Assembly (NCBI GenBank): GCA_963843145.1
Contig: CAWJJC010000020.1
Location: 352,001-416,000 of the forward strand
DNA length: 64,000 nt
From: an uncultured delta proteobacterium
GTDB taxonomy: Bacteria > Desulfobacterota > RBG-13-43-22
Reading direction: 5' to 3'
A program made the translations under genes and the position numbers. The notes below the pieces were generated by a model. It had not been told where the DNA came from, did not search any database, and saw nothing but the letters and a program-made list of their open reading frames with translations. Below are positions 42,189-51,524 of this stretch, piece after piece. Every line of letters begins with the position of its first letter. The first letter of the stretch is position 1.

Positions 42189-42262
42189 ATTTTTGCCTGA
42201 TTCCCATTCCTGGAGTTGTTAGAATTCTTGGAAGTAAAGAAATAAAGCCTGGGAGAAGAAGC

Positions 42263-42544
42263 CTGCAACTTACCCGAATCAGCCCCAAACATCAAATCAC
42301 CATTCCCAAAGAGGTTTTCGAAAAGCTTCAATTGGAGGTGGGAGATTTTTTGGAGGTGGAAGCAACGGAGCCCGGGGTGCTTCTCGTCCCTAAAAAACTT
42401 ATTTCCAAGGATCAGGCCTGGTTCTGGTCCAAGGATTGGCAACAGAAAGAAATGGAGGCGGATCAGGCGATCGAGCGAGGAGATTTGTCAAAACCATTTC
42501 AAAAGGCAGAGGAATTACTAACGCATTTAAAAAAACGCCTATGA
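42263..42544 (+). CDS. AbrB/MazE-type antitoxin
   Basis: Frame upstream of the track start reads TRISPKHQITIPKEVFEKLQLEVGD, then DQAWFWSKDWQ; start uncertain (CTG 42263). Confidence 0.75.
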   Translation: MQLTRISPKHQITIPKEVFEKLQLEVGDFLEVEATEPGVLLVPKKLISKDQAWFWSKDWQQKEMEADQAIERGDLSKPFQKAEELLTHLKKRL

Positions 42545-42774
42545 ACATCAAAACCACCAGGCCTATTGACAAAGATTACCAAGATCTGCCCAATTCCGTC
42601 AAAGAACAAGCCGACAAACAGCTCGCTCTTTTTTTAAACAACTCACATCATCCATCTTTAAAAATCAAAAAGGTAAAGGGGCATCCCAGAATTTGGGAAG
42701 GAGGGATTACCAAAAACTACCGTTTCACCCTAAATATCTCGAGTAGATCCGATGGTCGCCCTTTCCTTCTCTGA
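42541..42774 (+). pseudogene. RelE/ParE-like toxin, C-terminally truncated
   Basis: ATG overlaps the antitoxin stop; HPSLKIKKVKG..IWEG.IT..YRFT then similarity is lost at about 42740. Confidence 0.65.
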
Positions 42775-42846
42775 GAAAAGAACATCCCCCCAATTCCAAA
42801 AGTCTGATCAACTCTTTGGTTTTAATGAGGGAATATTTTTAGGCAT
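42737..42846 (-). pseudogene. HicA-like toxin fragment
   Basis: MPKNIPSLKP / ELIRLLELGGCSFLREGKGDHRIY with one frameshift; ATG overlaps the hicB stop. Confidence 0.65.
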
Positions 42847-43105
42847 AAACCGCTCTTAGTTCAAAGGATTCGGACCTGGGCTCCCTTGCTTCCACTGTTA
42901 AAAATTCGTGAAGTTCTTTAATGGAAAGAGGGGCGTTATAGACATCTTCGTCTGTCCGAGCGACTTCTTCAAAGGATTCGATCGCCTCTTTTAGTTTGGA
43001 GACGGCCTTTTTCTTGCTTTTGCCTTGCCCTACCAACCCGTTTTCAAGGCATAAGGCTACCCAATAGTCCCCACTTTTTCTTAAAACAGTTGTATAAAAT
43101 TCCAT
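42839..43105 (-). CDS. HicB-family antitoxin
   Basis: YTTVLRKSGDYWVALCLE.GLVGQGKSKKKAVSKLKEAI. Confidence 0.8.
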   Translation of the reverse strand: MEFYTTVLRKSGDYWVALCLENGLVGQGKSKKKAVSKLKEAIESFEEVARTDEDVYNAPLSIKELHEFLTVEAREPRSESFELRAVYA

Positions 43106-43134
43106 AATTTTCCCCTTTTCCCTTACCTTTTTCC

Positions 43135-43680
43135 TTACCTTGGTACTGCCAAAAGCATGGCATCTAAGAGTCTTTTTTCATCACTCCCCTCAGGATACAG
43201 GGCCGAAAGGGAGTTGGCAAGGCGTAAAAAATCAGGCCCCCGGTCCTGTTTGGCCTTCAAAAGTGCGCAGGGCATTGGTTTGCGCGCTGGATTGTAACCA
43301 CATGGCGGCATGGACCCGGTCAAGGGTGGTGGCGCCTTTATCTTTAATCACCCCTTCAGAAACATCCAAATTGGTTTGCTTCGCTCCCCTTCTGCCTCGT
43401 CCTTTTATTTGGGGTGGGAGGGCTTCTTCCTTCTGCTGAAAAAGAGAAAGTTGGATGTTTCCTTGTGGAGATTGTTCAAACCGTTCGGCAAAGGCATGGG
43501 CGGTTTCTTCCCCAAAAAGCTGTTTGGCCCTTTCCATGACGGATAGAAGCCGATCGACCCCTTTCTCAGTTTCGATAATCCGTCCTTTCCATTCGGGCAA
43601 TCGAATGCCAAGGGGCTGGGCAAACCGGCGTACCACATCAAAATTGACCGCCTTAAGAGGTTCAAGCCTATACTGCATTC
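43135..43680 (-). pseudogene. C-terminal remnant of a DUF1156-type DNA methyltransferase
   Basis: FDVVRRFAQPLGI, TTLDRVHAAM.LQ and LANSLSALYP.GS.EKRLLDAMLLAVPR recognised as the tail of that family; rest of the gene absent. Confidence 0.6.
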
Positions 43681-43784
43681 GCTCATGGTCGGTTGGATCC
43701 GACCGGCCGACGGGAATGAGGACCATGGGAATCTGAGAAACATGGGGGACAAACCCCCAAATCATTCGTCATCCTTCTATCCCC

Positions 43785-44335
43785 GGCGTTACGATCCACT
43801 CGCAACAGAATTCGGTAATGGGTCCATGAGAGATTCGGATGCAAATTTCCCGGCTGCCAGGGTTTTCCAAACAGTATTGGAAGAGTTGAAGCTGGTATTG
43901 GGGAATCTCCCTGTGGATCGTTCAAAACCTTTTTCCCGGGAGCCTTTGCTTCGAATTTCGAACTCGTTGCGTTCGAATTGAAATAGTCAGAAAAGTTCGA
44001 AGAAATCGAACGCAGTGCGTTCGATTTTTGTCCACCCAGTAAAGCATCTTACTCCAGGTAAAACTTGCGGCAATATTCGAGGTTTCTTACTGACCAACCT
44101 TTTCCAAATTCTTTTCCTAACCGTTCAGCCAAATCTATTAGAAGATTTTCCCCGTAACCCGCTCTTCGTTTGCCCTGCTGCTCTTCCTCAACGATCTCCC
44201 GGCCGATTAGCCAGTTGGACACCACCTGGGTGGTGTTGACCGTGCGGGACACATTCGTCCGGGCCGACTCCAGAATCTGTCGGATGCGTTCATATAGCGG
44301 TGCCTTTTTGTTTTCAGGCAGCTTTGTCGGCGATT
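43785..44335 (-). pseudogene. YhcG/DUF1016 family nuclease, N-terminal fragment
   Basis: NWLIGREIVEEEQQGKRRAGYG, GWSVRNLEYCRKFY, then after an in-frame stop LSWTHYRILLRV; PD-(D/E)xK domain missing. Confidence 0.8.
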
Positions 44336-44338
44336 CTT

Positions 44339-44727
44339 TCACGGCTCTATCTCCTCGCCCAAAAAGGGGCAACTGCCCCGGTTTGGGCGGGCCTTGGGCA
44401 GATTTTCCACCCGGAGGCTGTAATCGTCATGTCCCCATTCGCAGCGTTTTAAGACGGCATTGGGAATCATTTTGATCGTCAGATTGGGGAAACGGTCGGA
44501 CTTCCCCCGAAAGGCCGAACAAAAAACCAGCAGGGATCGGCTTTGGCCCACTTCATCGTTTAAGCCCTGAAGCTGGTCATGGCTCAGGTTCTGGGTGGTT
44601 ACGTAAATATAATCTCCCTTTCCGTGGAATGGCCGTGCTGCCAATAGATAGCTTCGCTCCGGGCATAGACAAACCCCTCCAGTTTACAGAGGGCCTCGGC
44701 CAACATGGCGGCATTGTATTGCTTAGT
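44339..44727 (-). pseudogene. C-terminal remnant of a type III restriction-modification methyltransferase (Mod)
   Basis: YNAAMLAEALCKLEGF..YWQHGHSTE / YIYVTTQ...LLVFCSAF...CEWGHDDYSL; ends at the IS left end. Confidence 0.7.
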
Positions 44728-46072
44728 TGTTAAGTGCCATGACATCGTAGACACAATAGTGTGCCAGCACATCGTAGACAAAGTTCTCTGACAATCGAAT
44801 AGCCACTCGGTCATAATCATGAACACCGAAACCAAAATGGAGGTGTTCATGAAGGATGAAGTGGAGTTAACAACGGACCTGGGCGGTACGACGTTTTCTC
44901 TATGGTGAGAAGCCCGAATCAATCTGTGTTTCGCTTCGGTAGATCGAAAGCATGGCTGTATAAGTGGGTCAAGCGGTATCTTGAAGACGATCCTTTCTGG
45001 GTCGAAAACCGGTCTCGACGTCCCCTCAACAATCCGACACACACCGCCAGAAATTGAGGAGATCGTCAAGCTGGTGCGTTTCAATCTTTACAACCAAGAT
45101 TTATTTTGCGGTGCGCAGGCCATCCTGTGGGAAATGGAAGATCTTGGTGTTAAGCCGCTTCCCTCGCTCCGCACCATAAACCGCATTCTCAATGCAGGGG
45201 CTGACTCATCGACGTACAGGGCAATATGAAGCCAAAGGAACACCATATCCCAAGCTGCCGTCGCTGTTGCCGAACCAGACCCATCAGGCTGATCTGGTCG
45301 GCCCGTGTTATCTGAAAGGGCCCGTTCGCTTCTACAGCCTCAATATCGTCGATACGGCCACGGTCCGTTGCGGACTACACCCGTCGCTCTCCAAGGCCGG
45401 CCAGCAGATCATAGACGGTATCTGGGCGATCTGGAAGCGTCTGGGAATACCGGACAACCTCCAGATCGACAACGCAATGTCCTTCTTTGGCAGTCCGACC
45501 CATCCCCGTGGCATGGGGCCGCTTATCCGGCTGTGCCTGCACAACGGAGTCGAGCCATGGTTTATCCCCATGGCCGAACCATGGCGAAACGGGATCATCG
45601 AAAAGTTCAACGACCGTTACCAACAAAGTTTCCTCCAAGGTCACCATGGCAAATCCGGAGATGCTCTCCGGATCGCTGGCCTTTGAGCAGCGGCACAACA
45701 GCAGCTACCGATATAGCAAACTCGGCGGGAAAACGCCCTTGAAAGCGTTGGAGGCGGCTAATCGCGTTTGAGGTTTCCAAACAGGAACAACCTCCTCGGC
45801 ACCGGCTTAAAAAGCCAGAAAACGGACGATACCATGTGGTCCGCCTGATCCGCAGAGATCTGAAGTTAAACATCTTTGGTGAACTCTTCCCGTTCCCCCC
45901 GAGCTGGAGCATGAATACGTGGTGGCTACGATCGATGTCAAAGAACAGAAATTGAAAGCTCTACCTGGACAAAACAGAATCGAGGTAATGTTCGATTACT
46001 AATTACGCTAATAACTGAGTGTCCACGATGTCGTGGCACGAAAATCCGTCCACGATGTCGTGGCACTCAACA
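44728..46072 (+). mobile_element. IS481-family insertion sequence with frameshifted DDE transposase (about 44829-46010)
   Basis: TGT...ACA ends; left TGTTAAGTGCCATGACATCGTAGAC vs reverse complement of right end TGTTGAGTGCCACGACATCGTGGAC; rve-type motifs HQADL, LQIDN and NGIIEKFN; flanks CTTAGT / CGTAGT. Confidence 0.88.
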
Positions 46073-47720
46073 CGTAGTAATTTATGCACCGCCGGAACAA
46101 CGTCACCCTTTCACGTTTAGTATAATCAAATGGCAAATTGATCGAATGAAACGCCCGGCCTAATTTGGGGACATATATTGCAAAAACTTCTTTAAAGACA
46201 CGTTCTACTCTTACCCGAACTTGCTTTTCTTTCTGCATGGGGACCTCTAACAAAATTGCATCATGCATAGGTATCAAGAAGCCGACATCATTCATCGATT
46301 CGCTCAGAGTGAGAAGTGATATCTTGAAAATATAAGACGCTGTTCCCTGTATTATCTGATTTGGCACCCATCGCTTTTCTTTTTCTGTTATTTCTCCCTT
46401 TTCTCTTAAGTACCTTCTATTCCCCGAGATTGTAGCGGTATAGCCCTTCTCTTTAGCCTCATTGCAAACCTGGTCTTTCCAAGCAGCAAGCGATTTAAAT
46501 TCGCTAAAGAATTTAAGACCTTGGGCCTTGATTTCGTCCTGGCCGGTGAGATTGACAATAAGTTTCCCAAGTCTTTCCTTTGAAATACCATATAAGAAGG
46601 CCAAAAAAATAGTTTTCGCTATTTTGCGTTTATTCTTCGTTCCAAACAGAAGGATACTCAATTCACTATACACATCACCCTTATTGTACAAATTTATTAG
46701 TTTCGGGTCCTTGGAAAATGATGCAATTATCCCAGGCTCAAACTGGTCAAAATCGGCATATATATAAATCTTACCTTCTCTAGGAGTGAATATGGCGCGA
46801 CAGGTTTTTTTTAGATACTGAATGCCCGGCTTCGTGACCAAGATTCTGCCTGTCACCGTTCCTAAAACATCAAACTCGGGATAAATGTACTTATAGGCGC
46901 TAACGGAGTATTTTAATAGTGTCGAGTAATCCATGGACGCATTTTTTGCCACAAGTAAACATTTCAAAAAATCATCGTATTCAGAGTAGATTTCAGTGAA
47001 TTCCCAAAAATCATAATCCATCTCGGTACTAATATCAGTAAGAGAAGTGTAATCCCTAACGTCTTCCCATTTCATATTGGAAATTATCTTCTGACTTACA
47101 AAATTGTAGTCGAGTTCAAGTCTCTTGATTGATGAAAAACGTGTCGTTTTCAGATCCAAAAGTTTGTCAATGAGTCTATCCTGGGAAAGAACCAGTCCGT
47201 CAAGTTGCGTACGCAAGAATAGATTGTAAATCGGGACCTCCACCTGAGTAAATCTTCCTTTTTCATCTTTTAAATTCAAGTCTTTTTCAATTGCTGCCCA
47301 GGCACTATTAAACCCATTAAGCAGATCAGCAATATTTTTAAGAAAATTCTCATCCGTATCCAATGAAACGACCTCTAACTGGTTAATTTTGTGTAACCAC
47401 ATTAGCGTTTCCCTAGAAACAAATTCCCGAATGATCCCCTTAAGAATCCACGGTTCATTGCCCACCTTATAATCGGATTTAGGACGCCCAGTCAGAAGTT
47501 TTTTTGCCGTCACTATATCAACGACCTTAGGTAACCGGCTTGGTTTTAAGTCTCTTAATTGATCTATACATTCTTCAAAATTATATGCTACTATTTCTGA
47601 GTACCTTAGGATACTTCTGACATATCTGCTATAGAAGACTCGATTTCCTACCTTCATTAGTACATATGGTTTTTCTTCAAGCGGATGTCTCAAGCAAATC
47701 ATGAACAAGGATTCAGACAT
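46008..47720 (-). CDS. compact family-A DNA polymerase (PolA-like), partner of the upstream RT; true stop probably 46126
   Basis: GTVTGRI...PGIQYL, motif A ADFDQFE, motif B RKIAKTIFLAFLYG, GNRRYL, NQIIQGTA and motif C MHDAILLE. Confidence 0.88.
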   Translation of the reverse strand: MSESLFMICLRHPLEEKPYVLMKVGNRVFYSRYVRSILRYSEIVAYNFEECIDQLRDLKPSRLPKVVDIVTAKKLLTGRPKSDYKVGNEPWILKGIIREFVSRETLMWLHKINQLEVVSLDTDENFLKNIADLLNGFNSAWAAIEKDLNLKDEKGRFTQVEVPIYNLFLRTQLDGLVLSQDRLIDKLLDLKTTRFSSIKRLELDYNFVSQKIISNMKWEDVRDYTSLTDISTEMDYDFWEFTEIYSEYDDFLKCLLVAKNASMDYSTLLKYSVSAYKYIYPEFDVLGTVTGRILVTKPGIQYLKKTCRAIFTPREGKIYIYADFDQFEPGIIASFSKDPKLINLYNKGDVYSELSILLFGTKNKRKIAKTIFLAFLYGISKERLGKLIVNLTGQDEIKAQGLKFFSEFKSLAAWKDQVCNEAKEKGYTATISGNRRYLREKGEITEKEKRWVPNQIIQGTASYIFKISLLTLSESMNDVGFLIPMHDAILLEVPMQKEKQVRVRVERVFKEVFAIYVPKLGRAFHSINLPFDYTKRERVTLFRRCINYYVLSATTSWTDFRATTSWTLSY

Positions 47721-49341
47721 AAAATGACACCTCTCTAATCAGATCATAATATCTGATTTCTCTCGGAGGTTCGATGTATTTTGGGGTTGCAAACTTGCTG
47801 AGAGTCCTAAACATACCCACTGACTCTGCTTTTATATGCGCTTGAACTTTCTCCTTAACCGTTTGATATTCTACTTCCTGGATAGCAATTAGAGCATGCC
47901 TCTGTAAGAAGAAATTGTCAAAATTCGGAAATTTTTCAACAATCCAATCTCTGGAAGTTTTGTCACCGCAGCAACCTAAATACAAGATTGCGCCGGCCTT
48001 ATCAGCATGACTGGAAGTCGTATTAACAACATTCTTGGCGTGCTGAATTAATTCTGAATCACAAAATCGATAATAAGCAAATACCTTCCACAACAAATAG
48101 TTTTGCCAACCATAAATTGCTTTCTTAGTGTCCAATTGAAAATTCCGCAGTAGCTTCAACTCACTGTTCTCCAAGTTGACAGCGACCAGATAAGAATAGA
48201 ATTGGTCGGAAATATGGGGCCACTCTGGTATACAATCAAGGATAGCCCCTGTAATATCTTTGAAGAAATTCGCTGGCTTTGCTATGTCTTTACATAATGC
48301 CAATCGTCCAATTCTATTGACAAAGAAGCGAAATTCTCTATCTGACACTCTCTCTTCTCTAATTGCACTAAGTAGCCCGTCACGAACTTCCTTGAAGGCC
48401 ATCGCAACCAACGGTTTCTTCTTACTATTTAGCAATGAGTCGATTCTTTCGAGGTCAAATTGATTGGAGGTGGTTGCGGGATGACCCGGTTGGCCAGGTT
48501 CAATAATTTTTGTCTTAGAACCATTAACATTTAGACCAATCTTCCTCAGTTCATTTATAAGCTGTTTCAATATATTTCTGGCATCGTATTTGTCTTCACA
48601 AATCACTCTGATATCGTCAACGTATCTATAATAATCGAATTTTCCCCTTAACATAAACAGGTCTAGGGGGCGAAGATATATGCTAGCCAAAAAGGATGAA
48701 ATATCTCTATTTTGAGGGAGTCCATTCACTCCATTGTACGACCAAACCTCTACACAGCGGCATATCGATTCTATGCAGAACCTTAATTTGGCTTTTCCTT
48801 TAGCGGACCCGTCCACCTCACTTAGGCACTGAAATAATGTCGCTTTCAAATCGGCAATTCGGATACTTTCGAAATAATTCTGTATATCGGTTTCAAGGAC
48901 CGTCTTGTTAGCTGAATCTACCCGTACAAATTCTCGGAATTTGGTCCATTGTTCTATTGGGGGTAGGAACAAACTTTTGGGCTTGCCTTTTCGGTAGGAG
49001 ATCTCATCCAAGCGATGGCTCAAGACACGCCGAGGAATTACCGCGTCAAAGTGTTCGATGAGGATCTCACCAAAGGCATGATAAGCAACTCTGTCGTAGA
49101 AACAGGTTTCGAGGGAATATCTTAGCGTGGCCCCTTTTTTGGGAACATTTGCCACTAACTTTTTGATAGGCTGATATACACCATTGTTCGTTTCTATGTT
49201 GCTATGAAAATACCAAACAATATCACTTGTGTTTAACCGATCCTCGAATAGCAAGGGGTCAAGGAACCAATCATCTTTCAAGTCCTGTCTTACGAAACGA
49301 ACTGTTCTATCCAGATCTATAACGCAGTATCCAAGATCCAA
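47713..49341 (-). CDS. reverse transcriptase, UG/Abi (DRT)-like, with C-terminal alpha-helical domain; probable true start ATG 49361
   Basis: DDWFLDP, DRVAY, TDIQNYFESI, GLPQNRDISSFLASIYL, YRYVDDI and GLNVNGSKT; no maturase/HNH tail and no retron VTG motif. Confidence 0.92.
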   Translation of the reverse strand: MDLGYCVIDLDRTVRFVRQDLKDDWFLDPLLFEDRLNTSDIVWYFHSNIETNNGVYQPIKKLVANVPKKGATLRYSLETCFYDRVAYHAFGEILIEHFDAVIPRRVLSHRLDEISYRKGKPKSLFLPPIEQWTKFREFVRVDSANKTVLETDIQNYFESIRIADLKATLFQCLSEVDGSAKGKAKLRFCIESICRCVEVWSYNGVNGLPQNRDISSFLASIYLRPLDLFMLRGKFDYYRYVDDIRVICEDKYDARNILKQLINELRKIGLNVNGSKTKIIEPGQPGHPATTSNQFDLERIDSLLNSKKKPLVAMAFKEVRDGLLSAIREERVSDREFRFFVNRIGRLALCKDIAKPANFFKDITGAILDCIPEWPHISDQFYSYLVAVNLENSELKLLRNFQLDTKKAIYGWQNYLLWKVFAYYRFCDSELIQHAKNVVNTTSSHADKAGAILYLGCCGDKTSRDWIVEKFPNFDNFFLQRHALIAIQEVEYQTVKEKVQAHIKAESVGMFRTLSKFATPKYIEPPREIRYYDLIREVSFYV

Positions 49342-49579
49342 AAAGGCTTTTTTTTTCCCATATGTTTACCAAAGGTATTCCGTGGGACTCTTCTTTATTT
49401 CAATGGAGCTTCTCTGTTTATAGTTATCCTGGCTCTTTCATGGGATTAAAAGTTCTTTTTTTGCCAAGGTGGAATATTAATCGTCACATTCCTTCTTCTT
49501 ATACACTCCGAATAGACCAAAATCGGAATGCTTCATGGATTGACCTTTCGATTAAGATTGTTGGCCAAGGAAGACAGTA

Positions 49580-50393
49580 TTATATCTCGCTTAATCTCTT
49601 TGCCTCGGAAAAGAAGATGGCCGATCCAACCGGTTTATCCTGCCAGACCTTCTCTCGGTGAGCCGCTTTATAAACCTGGCGTTCATCGGGGAAGGTCTTG
49701 ACGATCTTCTCGATAATCAACAGTTCTTTCTGGGCAAGGGGTTCGGCCTCGGAATCATCCGCTTTTTTAATCTCTTCCACCAAGTCCCGGTAGTTGTTGA
49801 GCTGTGGCCCCAAAGGCAGAGCGGCATAACCGGCCCCGGTCATGCTGGTCCCCAGATCGCGGAAGGCCAGCATATCCGCATACCAGAGGTATTTGGCTGC
49901 ATAAAGCATTCGGTCTGTTTTTCTGAGAAGCGGCCTTCCTAATTTGTTTTCAAAAGTGGTTAAAACTAATTTGGTCCGCGGGATAGAAAAAGGTTCGGTT
50001 TCCCGAAAAATCGTCTCTCAAACGGTGTCCTATCAGGTGAAGGCGAAGGGCGTGGTCCAGGGACTTGCTCTGGATCAGCCCGGTTTCCCATCGTTTAATA
50101 CTGGCCACTCCGATCTTTAGGATGTCTGCCAAGGCCTGTTGGGTCAACCCTCTTTTTTTGCGTAACGTTTTAATCTCGTCGCCGGTAAGAAGTCCGGTCC
50201 GCTTTCGGAAGGCATCGGCCAAATCCTGTTGAATGGGTCCGGCGGTTTTAGCCGTTCCGGCCTCCATTCCGCATTCCGGGCAGACATAGGCCTCAACCTG
50301 GGAGGGAATCTCCATTCCCCGAAAGCTGACGGTCTTGGTAATTTTCAGGAGTTTCATCCGGTCATGCCCTCGGGGGCAATTTAAAGCCTTCAT
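49580..50393 (-). CDS. MqsA-like zinc-finger + XRE HTH + Panacea (DUF4065/SocA) antitoxin, frameshift near 49990
   Basis: CPRGH...CPECG, GLTQQALADIL..GVASIKRWETG; second ORF KYLWYAD...MTGAGYAALPLGP. Confidence 0.75.
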
Positions 50394-50402
50394 GATGATT
50401 TC

Positions 50403-51524
50403 CTAGTTCTTTACTGCTTTGAATTTGGAAAATCGAATCCGATTCTTGAGTTTATTGCCTTGTGAAAAGGAAATAATATTTTCATGTTGAAGCCGTCCTA
50501 CAATAATTCCGGGGGCAATGTCTATCTGTTCTGCAAATCGTAAAATCGTATCCGGGCTGAAGTCGTTGCCGGTTATGAAATTTTTATAGGCTTCCTTGGG
50601 AATTAACATTTCCTGGGAAAAAAGATCGGCCTCTTTTTCCTTGGAAATCCTTTCAGGTTCTCGGTGACCATCCCCTGAGGCCTCGATATAGACTTCTTTT
50701 TTCCCATGAAGCAGAATATGACCGGCTTCATGAAAAAAGGTGAACCAGAGATGATCGTCACTTTTTCCGCGCAAACTGAGCTGGATGAGGGCCTTCGAAG
50801 GTTTCAGCCAGCGAGTGGCTCCATAAAGGCGTGTTCCCGGGAGTTCCGGGATGAAGACCACGGCCACGCCGCTTCCCGCGCAAAGTTCCTTCATGGCCGG
50901 TTCAAACACCTCGGGACCCTTTTGAGTCAAGGTCCGTATTTTTTGTAAAGCCTTCAGGAAAGAACGCGGTTGAAAAGATTGGCAGTCAACCTTTTGCCCT
51001 TCAATCTCTCCCCGGCGCAACCAGGCGGCCACGGCGGCCGGATTACTTTGAAAGGCCTTTGAATTGCGGTAGGCCGCTTGAGGGTTTTCCCATATTGCCT
51101 TCCATTCGTTAACGCCGGCTACTCCAAAAAAAGTCAAAAGGTCCCGTACTCTCTTAATCGGGTTATCCTCCTTTGACAACCAGCCCATTTTTACCATGGC
51201 CGCCAGAGGAAACCCCTTTAGCCAATTAGCCTGTTTTTCCAGATAATGGTCTTCTCTAAGCCGGGCCTGCCTTTCTTGATAGTTGCGCTCCAGGTTGTTC
51301 CAGAAAGAAGCCGGGACACCCAGCACCCTTTCCAATTGGAGGGCCGTTTCCGAGGTTATAGCTGCTTTCCCCATGATGATCTCATTAACGGTCTTTTTGG
51401 GGCGGCCTGTCCTCTCCGCCAACTCCGCCTGGCTCATGCCGATCGTTTCCAGCGTTTCTTTCAGAGTTTCACCGGGAGGAACGGCATAGTCCGGTTGAAA
51501 TGATTGGTCGGCATTCCTATTCAT
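50403..51524 (-). CDS. higA: HigA-type antitoxin with ImmA/IrrE metallopeptidase domain
   Basis: PPGETLKETL..GMSQAELAERTG, ASFWNNLE and FFHEAGH (HExxH). Confidence 0.88.
   Translation of the reverse strand: MNRNADQSFQPDYAVPPGETLKETLETIGMSQAELAERTGRPKKTVNEIIMGKAAITSETALQLERVLGVPASFWNNLERNYQERQARLREDHYLEKQANWLKGFPLAAMVKMGWLSKEDNPIKRVRDLLTFFGVAGVNEWKAIWENPQAAYRNSKAFQSNPAAVAAWLRRGEIEGQKVDCQSFQPRSFLKALQKIRTLTQKGPEVFEPAMKELCAGSGVAVVFIPELPGTRLYGATRWLKPSKALIQLSLRGKSDDHLWFTFFHEAGHILLHGKKEVYIEASGDGHREPERISKEKEADLFSQEMLIPKEAYKNFITGNDFSPDTILRFAEQIDIAPGIIVGRLQHENIISFSQGNKLKNRIRFSKFKAVKN

Noticed and set aside
44049-44051. In-frame stop in yhcG as recoding
   Set aside because: It is TAA, not TGA, it is not at a Cys position, and the gene is truncated anyway.
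44728-44781. Tandem ACATCGTAGACA motifs (and their mirror at 46020-46072) as a mini-CRISPR
   Set aside because: Only two copies per side, inverted relative to each other around a transposase: these are IS ends.
46008-46125. PolA C-terminal tail with the repeated ATTSWT peptide
   Set aside because: It is read-through into the IS481 terminal repeats after a probable indel near 46178; the other frame gives ...CPQIRPGVSFDQFAI* ending at 46126.
47713-49341. RT as a group II intron, retron, DGR or CRISPR-associated RT
   Set aside because: I saw no maturase/HNH domain or intron domain V, no retron VTG motif, no template/variable repeat pair, and no cas genes or array.
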